This document shows positions 1 through 8,831 of a DNA stretch of 32,000 nucleotides, in pieces; the first letter of the stretch is position 1; each line of letters starts with the position of its first letter. Made by a program: the position numbers and the translations under genes. The DNA is from Pseudoalteromonas translucida KMM 520 (GTDB taxonomy: Bacteria > Pseudomonadota > Gammaproteobacteria > Enterobacterales > Alteromonadaceae), in assembly GCF_001465295.1 (NCBI RefSeq), contig NZ_CP011034.1, positions 570,001 to 602,000 on the forward strand, in the 5' to 3' direction. Under the pieces are notes generated by a model. That model worked only from the letters and a program-made list of their open reading frames with translations, was not told the origin of the DNA and did not search any database.

Positions 1-468
1 CTATATGCAACTGGTTTGCGGGTTAGTGAGCTAGTAGGGCTGCGGATTGAACAAATTAATTTGCGCCAAGCAGTGGTGTTTGTAAAAGGTAAAGGGAACA
101 AAGAGCGTTTAGTACCGCTGGGCGAAGAGGCCATGTATTGGCTTGAGCAGTTTTTAAAGGTGGGACGGGCGCAAATGATTAAACACGCCACCGACTTTGT
201 GTTTCCCTCAAAGCGAGGGGTTGGCATGACCCGACAAACTTTTTGGCATAGAGTGAAGCACTATGCTATTTTGGCATCAATTGAGTCGTCATTGTCACCG
301 CATACATTGCGTCATGCATTTGCAACCCACTTATTAAATCATGGGGCTGACTTACGTGTGGTTCAAATGATGTTAGGACACAGTGATTTATCAACCACCC
401 AAATATATACGCATGTTGCAAATGAGCGATTAAAATCGGTACATGCGCAGCATCACCCACGTGCTTAA
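1..468 (+). CDS. xerD: Tyrosine recombinase XerD, C-terminal ~155 aa (5' end outside window)
   Basis: Frame 1 is open from base 1 (LYATGLRVSELVGL...). Tyrosine-recombinase motifs HTLRHAFATHLL and LGHSDLSTTQIYTHV are present, and the C-terminus HHPRA matches E. coli XerD. The xerD-dsbC-recJ-prfB-lysS order is conserved. Confidence 0.9.
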   Translation, partial: LYATGLRVSELVGLRIEQINLRQAVVFVKGKGNKERLVPLGEEAMYWLEQFLKVGRAQMIKHATDFVFPSKRGVGMTRQTFWHRVKHYAILASIESSLSPHTLRHAFATHLLNHGADLRVVQMMLGHSDLSTTQIYTHVANERLKSVHAQHHPRA

Positions 469-530
469 TATGAAATTTATTATCACTAAGCCGGTCAATT
501 GATATGTATTTATAAAAATAGAGAAGAATT

Positions 531-1259
531 ATGAAAAAATTAATGTTAGCAGGTGCCATGTTATGCACTAGTTTAAGTGCCGTAGCGAATGATGTGGCAG
601 TAGCCCCTAACGCTAATGATCCTATTGTTATTAAATTTGCCGCGCTTGGCGTTACCGTTAAGCAAATAAACCCAAGCCCAGTAGCGGGTTTAAAAGAACT
701 GATCACTAATCAAGGTGTGCTTTATGCAAGCCCAGATGGACAGTTTTTAATGCAAGGGACACTTATAGACTTAAATAATCGTAGTAATTTAACCGAAAAA
801 GCACTAAACGGCGTACGCCAAGCTGGGTTAAAAGAATACGAAGATTCGATGATAGTGTACAAAGCACCTAACGAAAAACACAGCATTACCGTATTTACCG
901 ACATTAGCTGTGGCTATTGTCGTAAATTACACCGCGAGCTAGATGATTTGCTTGAAGCGGGTATTACCGTTAAGTATTTAGCGTTTCCGCGCGGTGGCCT
1001 GCAAGGGTCAGGTTATAATGACTTAATGAACGTATGGTGTGCTAAAGATCAACAAGAGGCACTAACCGAAGCTAAAAGTGGCTCAAATACTGCTGCAGTT
1101 AAAGGTTGTAGTGCGCCAGTTGCAGAGCATTATCAGCTAGGTCAAAGCTTTGGTGTTACCGGTACGCCTGCTATTATTTTAGAAGATGGCACCATGATCC
1201 CAGGTTACCAGCCAGCCGCCGCATTAAGCGCTGCGCTTAACGCTAGTAAAGCCCCATAG
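531..1259 (+). CDS. dsbC: Thiol:disulfide interchange protein DsbC
   Basis: Signal peptide MKKLMLAGAMLCTSLSAVA and a thioredoxin-type CGYC active site (ISCGYCRKLH). About 240 aa. Sits between xerD and recJ as in E. coli. Confidence 0.85.
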   Translation: MKKLMLAGAMLCTSLSAVANDVAVAPNANDPIVIKFAALGVTVKQINPSPVAGLKELITNQGVLYASPDGQFLMQGTLIDLNNRSNLTEKALNGVRQAGLKEYEDSMIVYKAPNEKHSITVFTDISCGYCRKLHRELDDLLEAGITVKYLAFPRGGLQGSGYNDLMNVWCAKDQQEALTEAKSGSNTAAVKGCSAPVAEHYQLGQSFGVTGTPAIILEDGTMIPGYQPAAALSAALNASKAP

Positions 1260-1282
1260 TAATTAAATTTACGGTGCGCATG

Positions 1283-1307
1283 AAAAAGGCCGAAAGGCCT
1301 TTTTTTG
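1283..1307 (+). terminator. Rho-independent terminator after dsbC
   Basis: AAAAAGGCC-GAAA-GGCCTTTTTTT hairpin plus T-run immediately after the dsbC stop. Confidence 0.7.
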
Positions 1308-1343
1308 TATATTTATGATGAACCAAATAAGTTAAAAATCTGC

Positions 1344-3065
1344 ATGAAAAAAACGATCCAAACGCGCGAAAACGTCGATGATTCACATTTACCGAGTCAT
1401 TTACACCCTGTAATTAAGCAAATTTATGCCACGCGAAATGTTTCCCATGCCGATGAGCTAAATAACAGCGCCGCCACATTACACGACTTTAAGTTATTTA
1501 AAGATATGGACAAAGCCTGCGACTTGTTAATTGAGGCGCTACATGCCCAAAGCCATATTTTAATTGTTGGCGATTTTGATGCCGATGGTGCAACCAGTAC
1601 TGCCACATTAATGCAAGGCTTGGCGATGCTTGGCTTTGCTCATTTAGATTACTTAGTACCTGATCGGTTTAGCTTAGGCTATGGCTTAAGCCCGGCGTTA
1701 GCTGCGCAAATAGTACAACTTAAACCCGATTTAGTAATTACAGTTGATAACGGTATTTCCTGTATTGCGGGTATTGATATTGTAAAAGCCGCCAATATTA
1801 AAGTGCTGGTTACCGACCATCACCTACAGGGCGAAACACTCCCTAATGCCGATGCCATAGTAAACCCGAACAGGCACGACTGCAGCTTTCCGTCTAAATC
1901 GATTGCCGGTGTTGGTGTGGCTTTTTACTTACTTATTGCCCTTAGAAGCACCCTGCGTGAGCAAAATCATTTTGCGCAGCAGCCTATGCCTAACTTAGCC
2001 GACCTGCTCGACATAGTTGCGCTTGGCACTGTAGCCGATGTAGTGGCGCTTGATGCCAATAACCGTACTTTGGTACACCAAGGGCTTGCGCGTATTCGCA
2101 GTGGTAAAACTCGCCCAGGCATTACTGCCCTCATTGAGGTTGCTAATCGCAACGCCTCAAGATTGAGTGCCAGCGACTTTGGTTTTTCGCTTGCTCCGCG
2201 CTTAAATGCCGCAGGGCGCTTAGATGACATGAGTTTAGGCATAGCCTGCTTACTCAGTACCGATATAAACCAAGCCAGACGCATTGCCAGTGAACTAGAT
2301 AGCTTAAACTTTGCACGCCGCGAAATAGAGCAAGGCATGCAGCATGAAGCGCAAGCTGTGCTTGATAAGTTAGCATTCAATGATGACAATATTCCCGACG
2401 CTATTTGTTTATACCAAGAGGATTGGCATCAAGGTGTTATTGGTATTTTAGCCGGGCGTTTAAAAGAAAAGTATCACCGCCCGACCGTTATATTTGCGGG
2501 TGGCGAAAACGGTGAGATAAAAGGGTCATGCCGCTCAATTGAAGGGCTACACATACGCGATTTACTCGAAGGGCTAAGTACCGCCGATCCGCACTTAATT
2601 AGTAAGTTTGGTGGCCATGCCATGGCGGCCGGTTTAAGTATTAACGAGCAGCAGTTTAGCGAATTTAAACACGCCTTTGATACTGCCGTTAGCGCCCAGC
2701 TTAGTGAAGAAAGTAAACGCTGCATTGTATTTACCGATGGTGAGCTGCCAAATGAGTGTTTTACCATGGATTTTGCCCAGCAATTAAAACAAGCAGGCCC
2801 TTGGGGACAGCAATTTCCTGAACCGGTATTTGAGCACACATTTGAGTTGATTCAGCAGCGTATAGTGGGCGAAAAGCATTTGAAATTGGTATTAAAGCAT
2901 CAATCAGGACGCTTAGTTGATGCCATTGCTTTTGGCATTGATGTAAAAGAATGGCCAGATAACAACGCACAATTTGTTAAAGCAGCGTATCAGCTCGATA
3001 TAAATGAGTTTAGAGGCAAGTTCACCCTGCAATTAATTATCCGAGAGCTAGAAAAAGCCAGCTAA
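1344..3065 (+). CDS. recJ: Single-stranded-DNA-specific exonuclease RecJ
   Basis: DHH-family motifs (VGDFDADGATS, VTDHHL, GGHAMAAG). The ORF opens at 1305, but that start overlaps the dsbC terminator, so ATG 1344 (MKKTIQTREN) is preferred. Confidence 0.9.
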   Translation: MKKTIQTRENVDDSHLPSHLHPVIKQIYATRNVSHADELNNSAATLHDFKLFKDMDKACDLLIEALHAQSHILIVGDFDADGATSTATLMQGLAMLGFAHLDYLVPDRFSLGYGLSPALAAQIVQLKPDLVITVDNGISCIAGIDIVKAANIKVLVTDHHLQGETLPNADAIVNPNRHDCSFPSKSIAGVGVAFYLLIALRSTLREQNHFAQQPMPNLADLLDIVALGTVADVVALDANNRTLVHQGLARIRSGKTRPGITALIEVANRNASRLSASDFGFSLAPRLNAAGRLDDMSLGIACLLSTDINQARRIASELDSLNFARREIEQGMQHEAQAVLDKLAFNDDNIPDAICLYQEDWHQGVIGILAGRLKEKYHRPTVIFAGGENGEIKGSCRSIEGLHIRDLLEGLSTADPHLISKFGGHAMAAGLSINEQQFSEFKHAFDTAVSAQLSEESKRCIVFTDGELPNECFTMDFAQQLKQAGPWGQQFPEPVFEHTFELIQQRIVGEKHLKLVLKHQSGRLVDAIAFGIDVKEWPDNNAQFVKAAYQLDINEFRGKFTLQLIIRELEKAS

Positions 3066-3210
3066 AAAATATCTAGAATAGATCGCATAAAGTGCTAATA
3101 AAGCGCACGGTTTTTTGTTAAAATCGGGCGTTTTTATCATTTGACGATAATATATTGCGTTAATTCCTTTTTAAGGAGCGTAATAACCTAGCCATTTTGG
3201 AGTAATGACC

Positions 3211-4309
3211 ATGTTTGAAGTGAATCCTGTGATTAACCAAATCAAGGAAATTCGCGAACGTACTGAGTTGCTTCGGGGGTACCTTTGACTATGCTCTTAA
3301 ACAAGAACGCTTAGAAGAAGTTAACGCCGAACTTGAAGATTCAGCCGTATGGAATGAACCTGAACGCGCACAAGCTCTCGGCCGTGAAAAGTCGGCACTA
3401 GAAGCTGTTGTTGAAACTATCGATACCTTAGTGACGGGTACTGACGACGTTGAAGGCTTACTTGAGCTTGCTGTAGAAGCCGAAGATCAAGAAACCTTTG
3501 ATGAAGCACAAAGCGAACTAGCAGACTTGAACGAGCAGCTAGAAGCGTTAGAGTTTCGTCGTATGTTTAGCGGTCCTCATGACTCAAACGACGCTTACCT
3601 TGATTTACAATCTGGTTCTGGCGGCACTGAAGCACAAGACTGGTGTAATATTTTGCTGCGCATGTATTTACGCTGGGGCGAAGCTAAAGGCTTTAAAGTT
3701 GAATTAGTAGAAGCTACTGGCGGCGATGTTGCAGGAATTAAAGGCGCAACAGTTCGCTTTGTTGGCGAATACGCGTATGGTTGGTTACGTACCGAAACTG
3801 GCGTGCATCGTTTAGTGCGAAAAAGCCCATTTGACTCAAGTGGACGTCGTCATACTTCGTTTGCCTCTGCGTTTGTTTACCCAGAAGTTGACGACAATAT
3901 TGAAATTGATATGAACCCGTCTGACTTACGTATTGACGTTTACCGTGCCTCGGGTGCAGGTGGTCAGCACGTTAACACCACCGAATCAGCGGTTCGTATT
4001 ACGCACGTACCAACAAATACCGTAGTGCAGTGCCAAAATGAGCGCTCACAACATAAAAATAAAGCCCAAGCAATGAAACAGTTAAAAGCAAAACTGTTTG
4101 AGCTAGAGTTACAACAGCAAAATGCTGAAAAACAAACCCAAGAAGACTCAAAGTCGGATATTGGTTGGGGCAGTCAAATTCGTTCATACGTACTCGATGA
4201 CGCCCGCATTAAAGATTTACGTACAGGCGTTGAAAGCCGTAATACCCAATCGGTACTTGACGGCAACTTAGACAAATTTATAGAAGCCAGCTTAAAATCT
4301 GGTTTATAA
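3211..4309 (+). CDS. prfB: Peptide chain release factor 2, requires programmed +1 frameshift at 3283-3289
   Basis: ATG 3211 with GGAG 9 nt upstream, then 25 codons ([25 protein letters not shown]) ending at an in-frame TGA (3286-3288) in the context GGGGG TAC CTT TGA C. The +1 frame from 3287 ([13 protein letters not shown]...) runs into the track ORF 3431..4309. SPF (RKSPFDS) and GGQ (SGAGGQHVN) motifs are present. Total length is 365 aa, as for E. coli RF2. Confidence 0.92.
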
Positions 4310-4335
4310 CCACCAAGCTAATAAAGAGCTAAAAA

Positions 4336-5871
4336 ATGACTGATCAAATCCAAGACGAAAACAAGTTAATCGCTGAGCGTCGTGGCAAATTAGATGCTAT
4401 ACGCCAAAATTGCCCAGCCAACGGTCATCCAAACCAATTCCGTCGTGAGCATTACACGGCTGATTTGCAAGCCCAGTTTGGTGATAAGAGCAAAGAAGAA
4501 TTAGTAGAGTTACAACAAGTAGTGTCTATTGCTGGACGTATTTTAGCAAAGCGCGGACCTTTTTTTGTAATTCAAGACATGAAAGGCCGCGTACAATCAT
4601 ATGCGTCTAAAGATGTGCAAAAAGATTTAAAAGAAAAATATGGCCAACTAGATACTGGCGATATTATTGGTGTTAAAGGCGCGCTTAATAAATCGGGTAA
4701 AGGCGATTTATACGTAGAGATGACAGAGTACCAACTCTTAACTAAGTCACTTCGCCCGTTGCCTGAAAAATTCCATGGCTTATCAGATCAAGAAACTAAG
4801 TACCGCCAACGTTACGTTGATTTAATTACTAACGAAGCAACGCGTGAAACATTCCGCATTCGCTCACAAGTAGTTGAAGGCATTCGTCGCTTTTTAGCAG
4901 ACCGTGACTTTATGGAAGTAGAAACCCCCATGCTACAGGTTATTCCTGGCGGTGCATCGGCACGCCCGTTTGTAACGCACCATAATGCACTTGATATAGA
5001 CATGTACCTACGTATAGCGCCAGAGTTGTACTTAAAGCGTTTAGTGGTAGGTGGTTTTGATCGCGTATTCGAAATTAACCGTAACTTTCGTAACGAAGGA
5101 TTATCTACGCGTCATAATCCAGAATTCACTATGATTGAATTTTACCAAGCATACGCTGATTACATCGATCTGATGAACATTACCGAAGACATGCTACGTA
5201 CAGTTGCAGAAAACGTACTTGGTAGTGCAGTTGTGGTTAACACAACTAAAGACGAAAACGGCGAAGTAATTGACTCAGTTGAGTACGACTTTGGCCAACC
5301 GTTTACGCGCTTAAGCATGAGCGACGCTATTTTAAAATATAACCCTGAGTTTGATGCGGCAGTATTTAACGACCCAGAAAACCATTTTGAACAATTAAAA
5401 GCGTACGCTAAGCAAGTACACGTTAAAATTCCTGAAAACTGTGTTTGGGGCCCAGGTAAATTTTTGTGTGAAATATTTGAAGAAACAGCAGAGCACATGC
5501 TTATTCAACCTACGTTTATTACCGGCTACCCATGGGAAGTATCACCACTTGCACGTCGTAACGACGAAAACTCATTTGTTACAGACCGCTTTGAGTTTTT
5601 TGTTGGCGGACGTGAGCTGGCTAATGGTTTCTCGGAGCTTAACGATGCACAAGACCAAGCAGAGCGCTTTACTCGTCAAGTTGAAGAGAAAGACGCAGGT
5701 GATGATGAAGCAATGCATTACGACGAAGACTACATACGCGCACTAGAGTATGGCTTACCGCCAACTGCAGGTGAAGGTATTGGTATTGACCGTTTAGTAA
5801 TGTTGTTTACTGATTCTCCAACCATTAAAGACGTTATTTTGTTCCCGCATATGCGCCCGCAAGCCGACTAA
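4336..5871 (+). CDS. lysS: Lysine--tRNA ligase (class II)
   Basis: 511-aa ORF with LysRS-like sequence throughout (OB-fold N-domain, class II motifs, ...[14 protein letters not shown]...). Lies 26 nt downstream of prfB, as in the E. coli prfB-lysS operon. Confidence 0.95.
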   Translation: MTDQIQDENKLIAERRGKLDAIRQNCPANGHPNQFRREHYTADLQAQFGDKSKEELVELQQVVSIAGRILAKRGPFFVIQDMKGRVQSYASKDVQKDLKEKYGQLDTGDIIGVKGALNKSGKGDLYVEMTEYQLLTKSLRPLPEKFHGLSDQETKYRQRYVDLITNEATRETFRIRSQVVEGIRRFLADRDFMEVETPMLQVIPGGASARPFVTHHNALDIDMYLRIAPELYLKRLVVGGFDRVFEINRNFRNEGLSTRHNPEFTMIEFYQAYADYIDLMNITEDMLRTVAENVLGSAVVVNTTKDENGEVIDSVEYDFGQPFTRLSMSDAILKYNPEFDAAVFNDPENHFEQLKAYAKQVHVKIPENCVWGPGKFLCEIFEETAEHMLIQPTFITGYPWEVSPLARRNDENSFVTDRFEFFVGGRELANGFSELNDAQDQAERFTRQVEEKDAGDDEAMHYDEDYIRALEYGLPPTAGEGIGIDRLVMLFTDSPTIKDVILFPHMRPQAD

Positions 5872-5891
5872 GCTTAATAATGTAGAGTAAT

Positions 5892-5917
5892 AAACGCCGC
5901 TTAAATGCGGCGTTTTT
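5892..5917 (+). terminator. Rho-independent terminator after lysS
   Basis: AAACGCCGC-TTAAAT-GCGGCGTTTTT. Confidence 0.75.
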
Positions 5918-6063
5918 GTGTCTGGGTTATAACTTTTTAATCTGAGTGTTTTTTAAACGCACTGTTGCATTTGTGTAAAGTTATTCGCTACACTACGACG
6001 GAAATTTAGAGGATTGATTTAAGGCTCTAAATAAAAAGATTAAATGGATTTATAAATAATAAT

Positions 6064-6243
6064 ATGAAAAATAAACATATTGAAAACCCAATCAATAACT
6101 GCGAAACCGAAGATGCAAGACAAGCCTATTACCGAGCTTGTATTGCAGAGTTTCAAAAGTTAGGTTATCAAGAGCAGTATCTTGCAGAGTTAAATGATGA
6201 TTTAGTGCCTGTGTTAGGCGTTAATCCACCAGAAAAAAGTTAA
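6064..6243 (+). CDS. Possible small orphan protein (59 aa), hypothetical
   Basis: ATG..TAA ORF below the track cut-off (MKNKHIENPINNCETEDARQAYYRACIAEFQKLGYQEQYLAELNDDLVPVLGVNPPEKS). No clear Shine-Dalgarno and no family recognised. Confidence 0.25.
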   Translation: MKNKHIENPINNCETEDARQAYYRACIAEFQKLGYQEQYLAELNDDLVPVLGVNPPEKS

Positions 6244-6331
6244 AAGTTGTTTGAATTTCAAACTAATTACACATTAAAACTAACTAGATGCACAATCTAT
6301 AACCATATAGACACATTTGGTAGAAAAGTGT

Positions 6332-6359
6332 TTGACATATTTTCTGAACTCTTTATTAT
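6332..6359 (+). promoter_or_regulatory. Sigma70-type promoter of the tRNA operon
   Basis: TTGACA (6332-6337), 16-nt spacer, TATTAT (6354-6359), then a GC-rich discriminator ACGCCCC typical of stringently controlled stable-RNA promoters. tRNA-Ser starts at 6374. Confidence 0.6.
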
Positions 6360-6373
6360 ACGCCCCACAAGAC

Positions 6374-6466
6374 GGAGAGGTGTCCGAGTGGCCGAAGGAG
6401 CTCCCCTGCTAAGGGAGTATAGAGTTTGTAGCTCTATCGAGGGTTCGAATCCCTCCCTCTCCACCA
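6374..6466 (+). tRNA. serV: tRNA-Ser (anticodon GCU)
   Basis: 93 nt. Acceptor GGAGAGG/CCTCTCC; anticodon arm CTCCC-CTGCTAA-GGGAG, the same as E. coli serV; long variable arm ATAGAG-TTTGTAG-CTCTAT; T arm GAGGG-TTCGAAT-CCCTC; encoded CCA. Confidence 0.93.
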
Positions 6467-6500
6467 TTTTTAATGGCGTGTTTTGTAAGTTTTAAAGTAT

Positions 6501-6577
6501 GGGTGCATAGCTCAGCTGGATAGAGTACTCGGCTACGAACCGAGCGGTCGGAGGTTCGAATCCTCCTGCGCCCACCA
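6501..6577 (+). tRNA. tRNA-Arg (anticodon ACG), copy 1
   Basis: 77 nt. Acceptor GGGTGCA/TGCGCCC (one G-U pair); anticodon arm CTCGG-CTACGAA-CCGAG; T arm GGAGG-TTCGAAT-CCTCC; encoded CCA. From the D-arm onward it is nearly identical to E. coli argV as I remember it. Confidence 0.95.
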
Positions 6578-6650
6578 TACTTTAATAACTCGCTTAGAGT
6601 CTAAATAAGCAAAAGCTCTGCTTAGAGTTAAAATAAGTAAACTATAAAGT

Positions 6651-6727
6651 GGGTGCATAGCTCAGCTGGATAGAGTACTCGGCTACGAACCGAGCGGTCG
6701 GAGGTTCGAATCCTCCTGCGCCCACCA
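6651..6727 (+). tRNA. tRNA-Arg (ACG), copy 2
   Basis: Identical 77-nt sequence to copy 1. Confidence 0.95.
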
Positions 6728-6777
6728 CTTTATAGACTCTCACTTAGAGTAAAAACAAGTAAAGTAAAAATGAAAGT

Positions 6778-6854
6778 GGGTGCATAGCTCAGCTGGATAG
6801 AGTACTCGGCTACGAACCGAGCGGTCGGAGGTTCGAATCCTCCTGCGCCCACCA
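6778..6854 (+). tRNA. tRNA-Arg (ACG), copy 3
   Basis: Identical 77-nt sequence to copy 1. Confidence 0.95.
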
Positions 6855-6893
6855 CTTTCATATTTTCATACACTTTTAAGTGTAAGAAAAATA

Positions 6894-6918
6894 AGCCGAT
6901 GAAAATCGGTTTTTTTAT
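6894..6918 (+). terminator. Terminator-like hairpin between tRNA-Arg copies 3 and 4
   Basis: CCGAT-GAAA-ATCGG followed by T7. Confidence 0.55.
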
Positions 6919-6968
6919 TTTAAAGTTATATACTCTGCTTAGAGTTTAAATAAGCAAACAATGAAAGT

Positions 6969-7045
6969 GGGTGCATAGCTCAGCTGGATAGAGTACTCGG
7001 CTACGAACCGAGCGGTCGGAGGTTCGAATCCTCCTGCGCCCACCA
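6969..7045 (+). tRNA. tRNA-Arg (ACG), copy 4
   Basis: Identical 77-nt sequence to copy 1. Confidence 0.95.
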
Positions 7046-7442
7046 CTTTCATATATTAACCGACACTTGAGTCGGTTTTTTTATGTCTGAAATAAAGTGA
7101 AATTATTGTGTGGCTGAGAACCGTGCGGTCGGAGGTTCACTCTTACAAGATACGTCCTGCGCCCACCACTTTCATATATTAACCGACACTTGAGTCGGTT
7201 TTTTTATGCCTGAAATAAAGTGAAATTATTGTGTGGCTGAGAACCGTGCGGTCGGAGGTTCACTCTTACAAGATACGTCCCGCGCCCACCACTTTCATAT
7301 ATTAACCGACACTTGAGTCGGTTTTTTTATGCCTGAAATAAAGTGAAATTATTGTGTGGCTGAGAACCAAGCACTCGTAGGTTCACTCTTACAAGATACG
7401 TCCTACGCCCACCACTTTCATATATTAACCGACATTTGAGTC
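7046..7442 (+). repeat. Tandem array of 123-bp units (3 complete, a 4th interrupted by an IS), each containing a terminator hairpin and a degenerate tRNA-Arg 3' half
   Basis: Units at 7046-7168, 7169-7291 and 7292-7414, with a partial unit at 7415-7442 that resumes at 8853-8882. tRNA-derived segments are at 7112-7168, 7235-7291 and 7358-7414 (GGCTGAGAACCGTGCGGTCGGAGGTTC...TCCTGCGCCCACCA). Confidence 0.9.
7058..7082 (+). terminator. Rho-independent terminator after tRNA-Arg copy 4 (repeated in each 123-bp unit)
   Basis: AACCGAC-ACTTGA-GTCGGTT followed by a T-run. The same hairpin recurs 123 and 246 bp downstream. Confidence 0.7.
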
Positions 7443-7500
7443 TAATGCCGATCAGTTAAGGTTAATTGATCGGTTGACCGATCTAAATGATCGTGAATAA

Positions 7501-7533
7501 TCCGTAATTAGTTTCGCTAATTACGGATTTTTT
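7501..7533 (+). terminator. Strong hairpin plus T-run inside the IS left end, abutting the transposase ATG
   Basis: TCCGTAATTAG-TTTCG-CTAATTACGGA (11-bp stem) followed by TTTTTT, then ATG at 7534. Confidence 0.6.
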
Positions 7534-8831
7534 ATGGATATTCAAACAGCTCTTTCGACCACATTCTCATCTGCCGAGGAATTTACAGCGCTTGATAACT
7601 TACCTGGCATATTAGATCCCGAATTACTTAACCAAGCTTTTGAAAAATCGGGTGTCGCCACCGTTCGTAAACGTCGTTTACCACTCGATGCTGTCGTTTG
7701 GTCTGTGATTGGTATGAGTTTATTTCGTCATGAATCTGTTTGGGATATAGCCTCTAAAATGGACATCGCCTTACCAGGTAAAGGGAAACTAGTTGCCCCT
7801 AGTGCCATGGTTCAAGCGAGACAACGCTTAGGTGAAGGTGCTGTCGAGCAGGTCTTCAAGATGATGGCGTCACGGCATTATAATCATGCCCACTTTGATA
7901 CATTTTGTGGCTTAAATCTATTAGCTGTTGATGGGGTTGTCTTTCGTACACATGATACGCCAGAGAATAAAGACGTATTTGGATGTGGCTCAACCCAGTA
8001 TGGTGAAAATACCTATCCGCAAATTCGGATGGTATGCCACATGGAGCTAACGAGTCATCAACTCATTAATTGTGCTTTTAACGGGCAGCATCAAGGGGAG
8101 ATGACACTCGCTGAAGAACTCATTGAAGGCACACCGGATAACTCATTAACCTTATTTGATCGCGGTTATTATTCATTAGGGCTTTTGCATCGTTGGCATC
8201 AAGCAGGGACTGAAAGACACTGGATGATACCATAAAGAAAATGAGTAAAAATGACCAGTTAGTGCGTCTTAAAACATCGCCACAAGCGCGAAAAAAGTTT
8301 ACTGACTTGCCAGAGTTTATAGAAGCTCGGCTGCTTACCTACACGCATAATAATAAGCAGTATCAGATTCTTACATCAATGCTTGATGTAATGCGTTACC
8401 CATCAAAAGAAATAGCTGATTTGTACATGCATCGCTGGGAAATAGAAATAGGATATCGAGAAATAAAACAAACGATGCTGCACTCAAACTATATCCTACG
8501 CTCAAAAAGGCCGGATATGATAAGGCAAGAATTGTGGGGGTTACTAATTGCCTACAATATTATAAGAATAGCCATGCGTGAGGCGGCAGAGTTACTGGAA
8601 GTATGGCCAAATCAACTGAGTTTTTCTCATTGTTCAAGGCATATCAACGTATTTCTGTTAACTATCCCACTGACAAGTCCGGGAAATTTACCAAAACACT
8701 ATGAGCATTTATTAGAAACGCTGACGCTATTTCAGTTACCGACAAGGCGTCATGAGCGCAGCTTTCCACGATGTGTGAAAAAGAAACCATCTAAATATCC
8801 GTATAAAAAAAAGCCAGTCAGTGTTAACTGA
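7534..8831 (+). pseudogene. IS4-family DDE transposase split by a frameshift (ORFs 7534..8235 and 8241..8831)
   Basis: ORF1 carries D (LLAVDGVVF) and D (LFDRGYYS). ORF2 carries the Y-x2-R-x3-E-x6-K signature (YMHRWEIEIGYREIK). The frames differ by -1, and the junction ...HWMIP* / (IKK)MSKNDQLVRLKTSP is consistent with a 1-nt indel near 8230-8240. Confidence 0.75.

Noticed and set aside
266-706. 146-aa minus-strand ORF spanning the xerD 3' end and the dsbC 5' end
   Set aside because: It is antisense to two well-supported conserved genes and has no family resemblance.
1424-2970. Several minus-strand ORFs inside recJ (1424..1606, 1967..2389, 2474..2839, 2761..2970)
   Set aside because: They are antisense shadows of a conserved gene, with Ser/Ala/Cys-rich low-complexity translations.
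6247-6495. 82-aa track ORF
   Set aside because: It runs straight through the tRNA promoter and the tRNA-Ser gene, so it is spurious.
7046-7442. Regularly spaced repeats that could suggest a CRISPR array
   Set aside because: The units are 123 bp and directly abut each other with no unique spacers. They derive from the tRNA-Arg 3' end plus a terminator, and no cas genes are present.
8221-8243. Programmed -1 ribosomal frameshift joining the two IS4 transposase ORFs
   Set aside because: IS4-family transposases are normally a single ORF. The junction (CCA TAA AGA AAA TGA) has no canonical X XXY YYZ slippery heptamer and no downstream structure that I could see. A simple indel is the more economical explanation.
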